A stretch of DNA of 64,000 nt from Glaciecola sp. HTCC2999 (GTDB lineage: Bacteria > Pseudomonadota > Gammaproteobacteria > Enterobacterales > Alteromonadaceae): positions 11,586 through 75,585 of the forward strand of contig CATECQ010000008.1 of assembly GCA_949498985.1 (NCBI GenBank). The letters are read 5' to 3'. Positions 18,339 to 26,731 of this stretch are shown here, one piece after another. Every line of letters starts with the position of its first letter. Within the stretch, counting starts at the first letter, position 1. Made by a program: the position numbers and the translations under genes. The notes beneath the pieces are model-generated. The model ran no database searches and had not been told where the DNA came from. It was given only the letters and a program-made list of their open reading frames with translations.

Positions 18339-18539
18339 ATGTCCATGAATAACGAATTGCAACTCATTACACAGAATGAACTTTGTAAACTCCTTAATAT
18401 TAGCTTATCCACACTATGGCGTTGGGAACAACAAAAAAAGGGGTTTCCCAAAAAATTAAGACTATCTAGAAAAGGTAATCGCTATTTATACAAGGATGTA
18501 AAAAACTACATAGAAAATAAAGTCAAAGAGGGGTATTAA
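18339..18539 (+). CDS. AlpA-family HTH regulator / excisionase
   Basis: LITQNELCKLLNISLSTLWRWEQ..GFPK.LRLS; GAGG RBS. Confidence 0.88.
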   Translation: MSMNNELQLITQNELCKLLNISLSTLWRWEQQKKGFPKKLRLSRKGNRYLYKDVKNYIENKVKEGY

Positions 18540-18540
18540 G

Positions 18541-18684
18541 ATGTACCTATTAAACACATACCAATACCCACTTGAACTTACAAGCACAGAACTATCATTA
18601 CCTTTGGTTAGATTAATTTGGAAAGCGAAAGAGACTAAAGCTTGGTTAAACAATATGGTTAGCAGTCGAGGTGATTCAAAGTGA
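18541..18684 (+). CDS. 47-aa small hypothetical protein (not in ORF track)
   Basis: MYLLNTYQYPLEL...SRGDSK; GAGG RBS inside the alpA 3' end; stop overlaps next start (GTGA). Confidence 0.55.
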   Translation: MYLLNTYQYPLELTSTELSLPLVRLIWKAKETKAWLNNMVSSRGDSK

Positions 18685-18860
18685 ATATTATCCAAAAATT
18701 CTTACTCAACAAAACATATAAGAATTGCTCTCAAGCCAAGTGTTATGAATGTATGGGTGCTGATATGAAAAATGCGCGCTATGAAAAAGGCACCCAACTA
18801 CTAATCAAAAAATGTACTGGTTATTCATGCCCACTTTACGAAGTTAGGCCTCATCAATAA
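18681..18860 (+). CDS. 59-aa Cys-rich putative zinc-binding protein (not in ORF track)
   Basis: MNIIQKFLLNKTYKNCSQAKCYECMG...IKKCTGYSCPLYEVRPHQ; GAGGTG RBS; CxxC...Cx4CPL. Confidence 0.7.
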   Translation: MNIIQKFLLNKTYKNCSQAKCYECMGADMKNARYEKGTQLLIKKCTGYSCPLYEVRPHQ

Positions 18861-19082
18861 TTCCACCTTAATAAAAATCAATATAGCTCAATACTGCTGG
18901 TACTTGGAAAGAGGTGCTGAACTCGGTAATTGATAATATGTTTATAGAGTATATTTACTATAAAGCGAACAAACAAAACGACTTACTCCTGCAACGATAT
19001 AATATATCCAATTAATACTAAAGAGGGTAAACATGAGTGTTATTGTGCAATACTGGATAATGGTATTAAACAGCTCATTAGG

Positions 19083-19520
19083 ATGCTAAATAGACATAGT
19101 AAGGTCTTAGCAATACGATTGGATGTCCACATATCTGAACGCACGAAATTGAACACCAATATCGGGCTTTTTATGGACTATTTGAAGCGTTTTGTTCTAC
19201 GCACCTACTCTTCTAAAGATATTGGCTTTATTTGGGTTAGAGAAATTGAAAAAGCAAAGAAGCAACATTATCACCTTTGCATTTATGTTGATGGTAATAA
19301 AATAAGGACATCGTATAAGATTGTTAAATGGGCTGAGAAGTATCTGAACTCTAAAGGCATGACATGTTATCGACCTAATAATACCTTTATGATGGTCCAT
19401 AGAAATGATAAGCAATCTATTGATGATGCAGTCTATCGTATGTCCTACTTAGCAAAGGTGCGTGGTAAAGGCTATGTTGATAAGCATGTTAAGAATTATT
19501 CATCTAGCCGGTTAATTTAA
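19083..19520 (+). CDS. Inovirus Gp2 / YagK-YfjJ family HUH protein; real N-terminus probably upstream
   Basis: KVLAIRLD, FIWVRE..KAKKQHYH (HUH), YRMSYLAK. Frame is open from 18948. Confidence 0.85.
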   Translation: MLNRHSKVLAIRLDVHISERTKLNTNIGLFMDYLKRFVLRTYSSKDIGFIWVREIEKAKKQHYHLCIYVDGNKIRTSYKIVKWAEKYLNSKGMTCYRPNNTFMMVHRNDKQSIDDAVYRMSYLAKVRGKGYVDKHVKNYSSSRLI

Positions 19521-20017
19521 CATTTGTGATGGGCGTAGGTACTTTGAGAATGGCATGATATGGGGGTTTGCCGTGCGCAAGCCTCCGCTAGCGATAGAAT
19601 TTCCAATATCTAAACTGCTTTAGAACTAATCATCTAAAAAATTAAACTATGATGATCTGATAAGATAAACATCGGAAGCCAATAGAATATGATTTAATAA
19701 AAATCATAGAACACTTCAAAAACCAGACCTTCTAGGTAAACTTATAAAACATTTTTAGTACCATAGACGTGGGAGCTTCCATACGGAACTTTTTTGCTAT
19801 CTTCCATAAAAAGATAACCCTATTTTTTTAACTCTTATATCTGAGTAGTATTAGACAAACCCATGTTTATAAAGAGATGGATATCTCCAAGCGGTAATGA
19901 TAAGTTATTAATGTTATCATTTAAGTGTTACTTATCGCTTCAAGGTGTAATCCCCCCAAAAAAAGAGAGCAGTTTTAACTAGAAAATTCCGCTAAACTAT
20001 TATCAAAGGAGTTTTCA

Positions 20018-20284
20018 ATGAGAAAATCAAAATACAGTGATAGCCAAATCATGGCTATTTTGAAGCAAAATGAACAAGGTGTATCAGTCCATGATTTGTG
20101 TCGTGAGCATGGCATGAGTAGCGCTCAGTTTTACAATTGGCGTTCCAAATTTGGCGGAATGGATACCTCGATGATGAAACGGCTCAAAGAGTTAGAAGCT
20201 GAGAATCAACGCTTGAAGAAGATGTATGCTGAGGAGCGCATCAAAGCGGATATTTGTCAGGAGATCATCGAGGGAAAGCTCTAA
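20018..20284 (+). CDS. IS3-family transposase OrfA
   Basis: MRKSKYSDSQIMAILK...LCREHGMS...YNWRSKFGGM...LEAENQRLKKMYAE. Confidence 0.9.
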   Translation: MRKSKYSDSQIMAILKQNEQGVSVHDLCREHGMSSAQFYNWRSKFGGMDTSMMKRLKELEAENQRLKKMYAEERIKADICQEIIEGKL

Positions 20285-20820
20285 CGCCATCAAGACGACG
20301 TGAGGTGGCAAAAGAGCTAGTAAATACTAGTCGGTTTAGTATTCGTTTAGCTTGCGCATGCGTTAATCTCAGTGAAAGTGGTTATCGCTATCAACCAAAA
20401 CACTCCACTGAAAATGCGTTTATTGCAGACTGGCTGTTGCGGTTAACCACAGCTCACAAACGTTGGGGTTTTGGACTTTGCTTCTTGTATTTGCGTAACG
20501 TTAAAGGCTTTAGTTGGAACCACAAGCGCGTTTATCGTATCTACCGAGAGTTAGAGCTAAATCTTCGGATCAAGCCTCGCAAACGATTAAAACGCGATAT
20601 CACATTGATGTATATACAACCTAGTAAGCCAACTCAAAATGCTTACATCGAACGGTTTAATCGCACAGCACGGCATGAGTGGTTAGATATGCATGAATTT
20701 GACAGTGTTGCCCATGCACAAGATGTGGCAACCAGGTGGCTTTGGACATACAATAATGAGGTCCTAACACAGCCATTGGTGGCGTACCTCCTAGAACCAT
20801 TTTACAAGCAGAGTGATAGT
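20284..20820 (+). pseudogene. IS3-family OrfB with the DDE core deleted
   Basis: WNHKRVYRIY...KRLKRD is joined directly to ITLMYIQPSKPTQNAYIERFN; the segment holding the two Asp residues is missing and the tail is frameshifted. Confidence 0.8.
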
Positions 20821-20907
20821 CTAGTTATTTTTGCTACTTTAAATGGGGGTATTAGACTGGTATGTATATTTCATGCTTTTTCGAAAATTCCAGTTCTTTG
20901 CGACACG

Positions 20908-21663
20908 TTACTTAAACTTTTGCTTAAATCGATCGCAAGCTGCCTTGGTCGCAGATTTATTAGCAAAATAATTAGCGACCTGTAGGCCAATTTTTTTTAG
21001 TTTTCGTCTAGAGATATTTTTGCGGGATGTACCGATATCGCTGTCATAGGTTAAGTCCTGTTTAATGACAAATGGGTGCAACGCATAAATATCAATATCG
21101 TGCTCCCAAAAATGCTGCAAGTCTGTATCAACAGGTCGATAGAATGGAGAGGTGGATTTGAGCAGTTTCATAGCGGCCTTTCTCGATAAGGCATACCCAG
21201 CACACCCCGTTATTGTTTTGCGATTGATAACCAACTCAAATCGAGTATTTATTTGCTTAGCCATGACCACCGGGCGAGTTGAATTTTTGTAAGGAGCGAG
21301 TTTTATCAAATCCCAATCAATGGTTAACGCCTTGAGCGTATCAAGCGCTTCTTGGAAAAACGGCTCAACAATAATATCGTCCTCGGCCACAATACCAAAA
21401 GGCACTTCCATATCTACAATCTGTTGCCAAGCCTTTCTATGGCTAGCATAACAACCGATTTCTCCTTTTGAAAGGGCTCGGTCGGATTTTGCAAAATTCA
21501 GCTGTGGTGAATAGACCTCGTTGATTTCGCTTTCCGATAAAGCCTTGCCTAAAACACCCTGGAGACGTGTCACATTGACATTTATTTGCTCAAATTGGGC
21601 TTGAGTATTGCTAAATCGCTCTGGGCTAGTATCAAGGTTTATGACAAAAATCGGAGGCTGCAT
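20908..21663 (-). CDS. Glycosyltransferase family 25 (LPS/LOS biosynthesis)
   Basis: IFVINLD..PER, GEIGCYASH..AW, AEDD, GYALS..AA..LL, PVD. Confidence 0.9.
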   Translation of the reverse strand: MQPPIFVINLDTSPERFSNTQAQFEQINVNVTRLQGVLGKALSESEINEVYSPQLNFAKSDRALSKGEIGCYASHRKAWQQIVDMEVPFGIVAEDDIIVEPFFQEALDTLKALTIDWDLIKLAPYKNSTRPVVMAKQINTRFELVINRKTITGCAGYALSRKAAMKLLKSTSPFYRPVDTDLQHFWEHDIDIYALHPFVIKQDLTYDSDIGTSRKNISRRKLKKIGLQVANYFANKSATKAACDRFKQKFK

Positions 21664-22020
21664 AGAATAATATCTTTTTGATGAGTGCATTAAGTATTAA
21701 TGTATCGCTTTTTACGGAACTCGTCCATGAGAAACAGATTAATTGTTACCACAAACGATTAAACACTCACCAACGGCACCATATCAAATTCGTGCTCAGA
21801 TAAGATTGGCTCTAGTGTTTCATCCAGGTGAGAAGCCATTTTTATTGTAAAGTAGTGAACTTTTGCCCAACACAATTGGTTACAAAACCATACACCCGAA
21901 ATCTAGGTACCTCGTTTTTCTAATCATGCCCAGCCTGAAATAAAAACTAGGTGAATACCGTTAATATTGTCATTAGCACCAACTTATACAATACAGTTCT
22001 CTACCCTCTCCATTGCCAAT

Positions 22021-22590
22021 TGAATCGCCACCAGTAATCTAGACATTTCTCAGTCGTTCCTCATATTGCTTTTCAAATTCTATCGGTGAAAGCATATTAT
22101 TAGAGCCATGTTTTCGCTTTTTGTTGTAAAACATTTCAATGTAATCCAAAACATCAGTTTTGGCATCTTCTCGAGTTGGATAAATCCGTCGCTTTATTCG
22201 CTCACGTTTTAATAATTGAAAGAAGCTTTCAGCGACAGCATTATCGTGGCAATTTCCGCGGCGACTCATACTACCTTCAAGCCCATTTACTTTTAAAAAG
22301 TGCTGCCAATCATGACTGGTGTATTGGCTACTTTGATCTGAATGAACAGTGACGGTTTTCTTGGGATCTCGTCGCCAAACTGCCATCAATAAAGCATTTA
22401 AAACGATTTCTTTGGTGATACGAGACTGCATTGACCAACCAATCACTTTGTGCTCGTTCAGGTCGACAACCACCACCAGATACAACCATCCTTTGTGGGT
22501 TCGGATGTGAGTAATATCAGTTACCCAAGACTCATCAGGGAAAGCTGGATTAAATTCACACTATAAGCGATTAGGCACAATAACGAATGG
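22021..22590 (-). pseudogene. 3' remnant of a second IS3-family element with its right IR
   Basis: WVTDITHI...WLYL, VHSDQSSQY, SRRGNCHDNAVAESFF; in-frame stop upstream; terminal TGTCTAGATTACTGGTGGCGATTCA. Confidence 0.85.
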
Positions 22591-22630
22591 TGCAAAATAT
22601 AACAGCGGAATTTTACGTTTAACTAAATCA

Positions 22631-22652
22631 AACACTGGCTTTTCGCTGATTT
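22631..22652 (+). repeat. Putative integrase arm-type site, right copy
   Basis: AACACTGGCTTTTCGCTGATTT, direct repeat of 16073-16094. Confidence 0.65.
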
Positions 22653-22696
22653 GAAATTACTAGAATGAAAAAATAATAGCTGGAGGGCAGAATTTA

Positions 22697-22773
22697 TGGT
22701 CGGTGTGATAGGATTTGAACCTACGACCCCTGACACCCCATGACAGTGCGCTACCAAGCTGCGCCACACACCG
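22697..22773 (-). tRNA. proL: tRNA-Pro (GGG)
   Basis: CGGTGTGTGGCGCAGCTTGGTAGCGCACTGTCATGGGGTGTCAGGGGTCGTAGGTTCAAATCCTATCACACCGACCA; 77 nt cloverleaf with encoded CCA. Confidence 0.97.
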
Positions 22774-22780
22774 ACCGAAG

Positions 22781-22792
22781 ACACGCATTATA
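22781..22792 (-). promoter_or_regulatory. -10 box and GC-rich discriminator of the tRNA promoter
   Basis: TATAAT-GCGTGT; the -10 ends 13 nt upstream of the tRNA 5' end. Confidence 0.6.
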
Positions 22793-22829
22793 GGCAAATG
22801 CGTGTAAATTTCCACTGATTTATCTGGAT

Positions 22830-23840
22830 TTATTTCCAATCCGCTTCAAGGACAACTCGATACCGTGCATCGCCCTTTTCCATATGGGCGAATGCCTGAT
22901 TGATTTGTGAAAATGGAAATACGTCAATTTGTGGCTTTATGTCATGTTGAACCGCAAATTCAAGCATTTGTTTAATGGTCGCTGGCGAGCCCACTGGAGA
23001 AGATGAAATGCTCTTTTGACCTCCCAGCAAATTAAATACACCCACATTTAACGGCTCTAATGTCGCCCCAACAAAATGTAAACGTCCTTTCGGTTTTAAG
23101 GTCGCAAGATAGGCATTCCAATCCAGCTCTACATTGACTGTTGAAATAATTAAATCAAATGTATTCGTCGCTTTTGCAAGCTCAGCGGGTAGTGTTGAAT
23201 TAATTACATCATGAGCGCCCAACGTATAGGCTTCTTGGGCTTTAGCCTCACTCGAAGTAAACGCGGTCACATGACACCCCCAAGCACGACAAAACTGCAA
23301 TGCCATATGTCCCAATCCACCAATACCAATCACAGCCACTTTGTCTGTTGGTTTAATATCAAACTGCACTAATGGGTTAAATACCGTAATCCCACCACAA
23401 AATAATGGTCCTGCCAGGCTTAAATCCATCCCACTTGGCAATGCGACAACAGCTGATGCAGCGGCTCTAACCACTTGGGCAAAGCCTCCGTGGCGACCAA
23501 TAATTGTCCCTTGAGCAGCACCACATAAGTTATGATCGCCGCTATGACAAGGCTCACATTGCTGACAATAATCGCTGTGCCAACCTAAGCCGACATGTTG
23601 ACCGACTTTCACATGCTTGACCTGCTCTCCTACTGCTTTGACCGTACCAGCTACTTCATGGCCGCCGATAAACGGATACTGGGTAATCCCCCACTCGTTA
23701 TTTTTCATAGAAACATCTGAATGACAGACACCGCAATAAGCAACTTCGATATCAACATCATGAGCGCCGAGTGCTTCCATTTCAAGATTCGTTTCAGTAA
23801 AGGCTTCGCCGTGTTTGGCAATCTGATAAGCATGAATCAT
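22830..23840 (-). CDS. ahr: Zn-dependent NADPH aldehyde reductase (Ahr/YjgB-like)
   Basis: CGVCHSD, GHE, C..C..C...C, PLFCGGITVF, GIGGLGH. Confidence 0.85.
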   Translation of the reverse strand: MIHAYQIAKHGEAFTETNLEMEALGAHDVDIEVAYCGVCHSDVSMKNNEWGITQYPFIGGHEVAGTVKAVGEQVKHVKVGQHVGLGWHSDYCQQCEPCHSGDHNLCGAAQGTIIGRHGGFAQVVRAAASAVVALPSGMDLSLAGPLFCGGITVFNPLVQFDIKPTDKVAVIGIGGLGHMALQFCRAWGCHVTAFTSSEAKAQEAYTLGAHDVINSTLPAELAKATNTFDLIISTVNVELDWNAYLATLKPKGRLHFVGATLEPLNVGVFNLLGGQKSISSSPVGSPATIKQMLEFAVQHDIKPQIDVFPFSQINQAFAHMEKGDARYRVVLEADWK

Positions 23841-23965
23841 GGTGAAACTCCTATTGTGTAGTCTATATTATGTACTACAAGGGTTATTTGTGAGGTTACG
23901 GTAGCATTGTATTTCACTGTTAGGCAACGTTTAATCATATGCTAAATCAACGAAGGAAGCGGATG

Positions 23966-23990
23966 TTTACAATCATTTACAATTTGTTAC
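23966..23990. promoter_or_regulatory. Triple direct repeat with 10-bp period, CpxR/OmpR-family-like box
   Basis: TTTAC-aatca-TTTAC-aattt-GTTAC, i.e. GTAAA-N5-GTAAA on the minus strand. Confidence 0.5.
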
Positions 23991-24052
23991 TTAGTCAAAC
24001 ACAACCAATAGGTCATCATCATCGTTAAAAGCTAAGAATAAATGACATCACT

Positions 24053-24727
24053 ATGATCACATTACACAATATTGTTAAGCAATTCCAAAACGGAGATGAA
24101 ATCGTCACTGCGATTAATGATGTTTCACTGACCATCCAAGCAAATGAATTCGTTGCGATTATGGGGACCTCAGGCTCAGGTAAATCAACCTTAATGAATG
24201 TATTAGGTTGTTTAGATACACCATCAAACGGTGCATATCATTTGGATGGTAATAACGTAGCTCAATTGGATGATGATCGCCTGTCACAAATCAGGAATAA
24301 ATACATTGGTTTTATTTTTCAAACCTTTCACTTACTCCCTAAACTTGATGTCATTGGCAATATCAAATTACCGCTACGTTATAGTGATGTCTCCGACATA
24401 GAGGCCCAGCAACGCACCGATGCGTTAATTGAACGTGTAGGACTATCACATCGTAAACATCATCGCCCTTTTGAGATGTCTGGAGGACAACGTCAGCGGG
24501 TCGCTATTGCTCGAGCGCTGGTGAATCAACCCAGCGTGATTTTAGCCGATGAGCCAACCGGTAACTTAGACTCCAAAACCTCAGCAGAAATTATGGCTCT
24601 GTTAACCGAATTACACCAACAAGGACAAACCATTGTCATGGTGACTCATGAACAAGAAATAGCCAATTATGCACAGCGCGTCATTCGCATGAAAGATGGT
24701 AAAATCATTGAGGATACTGCAGCATGA
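24053..24727 (+). CDS. MacB/LolD-type ABC ATP-binding protein
   Basis: GTSGSGKST, MSGGQRQRVAIARAL, ADEPTGNLD. Confidence 0.9.
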   Translation: MITLHNIVKQFQNGDEIVTAINDVSLTIQANEFVAIMGTSGSGKSTLMNVLGCLDTPSNGAYHLDGNNVAQLDDDRLSQIRNKYIGFIFQTFHLLPKLDVIGNIKLPLRYSDVSDIEAQQRTDALIERVGLSHRKHHRPFEMSGGQRQRVAIARALVNQPSVILADEPTGNLDSKTSAEIMALLTELHQQGQTIVMVTHEQEIANYAQRVIRMKDGKIIEDTAA

Positions 24728-25704
24728 AATTTCGCATAGCGCCAACATTACTCACGATCGCTACCGTTCCTTTTTTACTGATGAGCGTTGCGTCTAGTGC
24801 CAATGTTGTTCCCTTAATACTCTCAGGTAAAGTAGCCTCATCAGCCAAACAAACGGTCGTCGCTCCGCGCGGCTCCAGCTGGAACATTCAACTACAATGG
24901 TTGGCGGAAGAAGGTCAAATCGTCGCTAAAGGCGATCCCGTGGTTGTATTTGATGGCACGACCGAACAAGCGCGTTTAGAACAAAGCCAAGAACGTTTAG
25001 AAACCTTGTTGTTAGAGTACAAACAGCTGGACATGCGTTTAAACCAAGCACTAACTGAAGCGCAAGGACGATTTAAAGTAGCTAAAATGCAAGTCGCAAA
25101 AGCACAAATCGAAGTATCGGTCGATAGCTCCACCGTCAGTGATTATCAAAAAGGCCAACAACAAATGGTATTGGAGCGGGCTCTACTCGAAAAAATTCAA
25201 TCCCAAGAAGCCATGAAAACAGCAGAAAAACAACTTGTCGCTGGACTAGAAAAAAAGAATCTAGATATTTTGAAGGTACGTGATGATATTCAATACTACG
25301 AAAAATTATTAACTAAATTTAATGTCATCGCACAACACACGGGTCCGGTTTCCTGCGCAAACCATCCTTGGTATGGCACTAAAATCACCTCTGGAATGAA
25401 TGTTCAGCCAAGTTGGAAAATTCTTGACGTACAAGCCACCAGTGAATATCAAATTGAAAGCTTTGTCCATGAAATTGATGCCCTTGCACTCACAGAAGGT
25501 GAAAGAGTGATGATCAAATTTGATGCTTTTGCATCTGAAACATTTATGGGGACTATCGAAGATATTGGTAGCCAAGCAGAAAGCAAACCACAACTCAGTA
25601 ACGCCACCTACTTCCCAGTGATTATTCGATTTGATACTTTACCGAAGCGCACCCTTTTTCCTGGTATGAGTGTCCGCATTATTAAGGAACGCACACATGG
25701 TTAA
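24724..25704 (+). CDS. Periplasmic adaptor (HlyD/MFP) 1
   Basis: Signal peptide, EGQIVAKGDPVVVFD, long coiled coil, PGMSVRI. Confidence 0.82.
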   Translation: MKFRIAPTLLTIATVPFLLMSVASSANVVPLILSGKVASSAKQTVVAPRGSSWNIQLQWLAEEGQIVAKGDPVVVFDGTTEQARLEQSQERLETLLLEYKQLDMRLNQALTEAQGRFKVAKMQVAKAQIEVSVDSSTVSDYQKGQQQMVLERALLEKIQSQEAMKTAEKQLVAGLEKKNLDILKVRDDIQYYEKLLTKFNVIAQHTGPVSCANHPWYGTKITSGMNVQPSWKILDVQATSEYQIESFVHEIDALALTEGERVMIKFDAFASETFMGTIEDIGSQAESKPQLSNATYFPVIIRFDTLPKRTLFPGMSVRIIKERTHG

Positions 25705-26731
25705 CCGCTCAATTCTTCATCATATCGGCCATCTAATACGAATATCAAGCATGCTGATGTTAAGCACGGTGTTATTCGGTTGTGACTCAGAAACTCAAAC
25801 ACCCGCGCCATCTTCAACAGACGCATTACCCACCTTAACAGTGCCGGCTGAGCTTGTTTCGTTACAGACACTGACCATAGGCCCGCCGAGTATTCGGCGC
25901 ATGTGGACATATAAAATTCAGCGCTTGGTGGCAGAAAATAAAATCGTTAAACCCGGTGATTTGCTCGTACAATTTGACGGCCAAGATTTACGTACGCGTA
26001 TGTTGACTCGCCAGTCCGAACTTGACGCTGCAACAAAGGAATTAGAAAAGCTGATCCTTGAAGACAATGCACGAGCTGAGGACTTAGCACTTGATTTGGC
26101 TGAAGCCACCATGAATGAGGATAAAGCGCGGCGAAAAGTCGAAATCACCATTTCCTCTCGCTCAGAGGTGGAGCGGCGCAAACAAGAAGCAGATTTTGCT
26201 ATTATGCAAGTGCGCAAAGCTCAAGCACAGCAGCGTTTAGATGAACATGCACAGCGCCGTATCGTCAACCAACAAGTCCAAGAAGCACGGATTGCTAACC
26301 TCCAAACCCGCGTGGACGAAATTAAAGATAGCCTGAACAAAATGACAGTGAAAAGTACGTCTGACGGCATTGTGATTTTACGCAAGAACGGCGATGGTGA
26401 TAAACCGGCTGTTGGCGATACTGTATCGATGGGTAATACACTTATCGAAGTCCCATCACTGGATAACTTAGCCATTAAAATGGAAGTTGATGAATCTGAC
26501 ACCAACAAAGTTAACATCGGACAAGCTGTCACAGTGATATTAAATGCATTTCCTGAACGCGTATTTACCGGAACAATCACCAGTAAAGGTCAAGCCTATC
26601 GCAATAAATCTCAACGTAACCAAAAAATTGTCTTTGATGCATGGGTCACATTAGATCAGATGGATTTTGATATTATGCGTCCTGGCATGCAAGCTAGTGT
26701 AACTATTCGTGGATCACAAGGAGCAAAATGA
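25697..26731 (+). CDS. Periplasmic adaptor (HlyD/MFP) 2, lipoprotein-like
   Basis: LFGC, VKPGDLLVQFD, coiled coil, MRPGMQASV; ATG 25697 has AAGGA upstream. Confidence 0.82.
   Translation: MVNRSILHHIGHLIRISSMLMLSTVLFGCDSETQTPAPSSTDALPTLTVPAELVSLQTLTIGPPSIRRMWTYKIQRLVAENKIVKPGDLLVQFDGQDLRTRMLTRQSELDAATKELEKLILEDNARAEDLALDLAEATMNEDKARRKVEITISSRSEVERRKQEADFAIMQVRKAQAQQRLDEHAQRRIVNQQVQEARIANLQTRVDEIKDSLNKMTVKSTSDGIVILRKNGDGDKPAVGDTVSMGNTLIEVPSLDNLAIKMEVDESDTNKVNIGQAVTVILNAFPERVFTGTITSKGQAYRNKSQRNQKIVFDAWVTLDQMDFDIMRPGMQASVTIRGSQGAK

Larger units (their letters stand above)
19946..20856 (+). mobile_element. Internally deleted IS3-family element (IS407-like)
   Basis: Left IR TGTAATCCCCCCAAAA; degenerate right IR AAATGGGGGTATTAGA; orfA plus truncated orfB; only 911 bp; no target duplication seen. 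Confidence 0.85.
15883..22746. mobile_element. Integrative element / genomic island in tRNA-Pro(GGG)
   Basis: Flanked by 50-bp direct repeats of the tRNA 3' part; carries integrase, AlpA and an HUH protein; core visibly more AT-rich than the backbone. Confidence 0.92.

Noticed and set aside
20254-20985. 243-aa ORF as a functional transposase
   Set aside because: DDE core deleted; the C-terminus is frameshifted read-through past the IS end.
15883-22746. Intact prophage or filamentous phage
   Set aside because: No capsid, terminase, tail, Zot/pI or coat-like genes seen.
22813-22821. CACTGATTT matching the arm-site unit upstream of the tRNA
   Set aside because: A single 9-mer on the host side, within the tRNA promoter region; likely chance.
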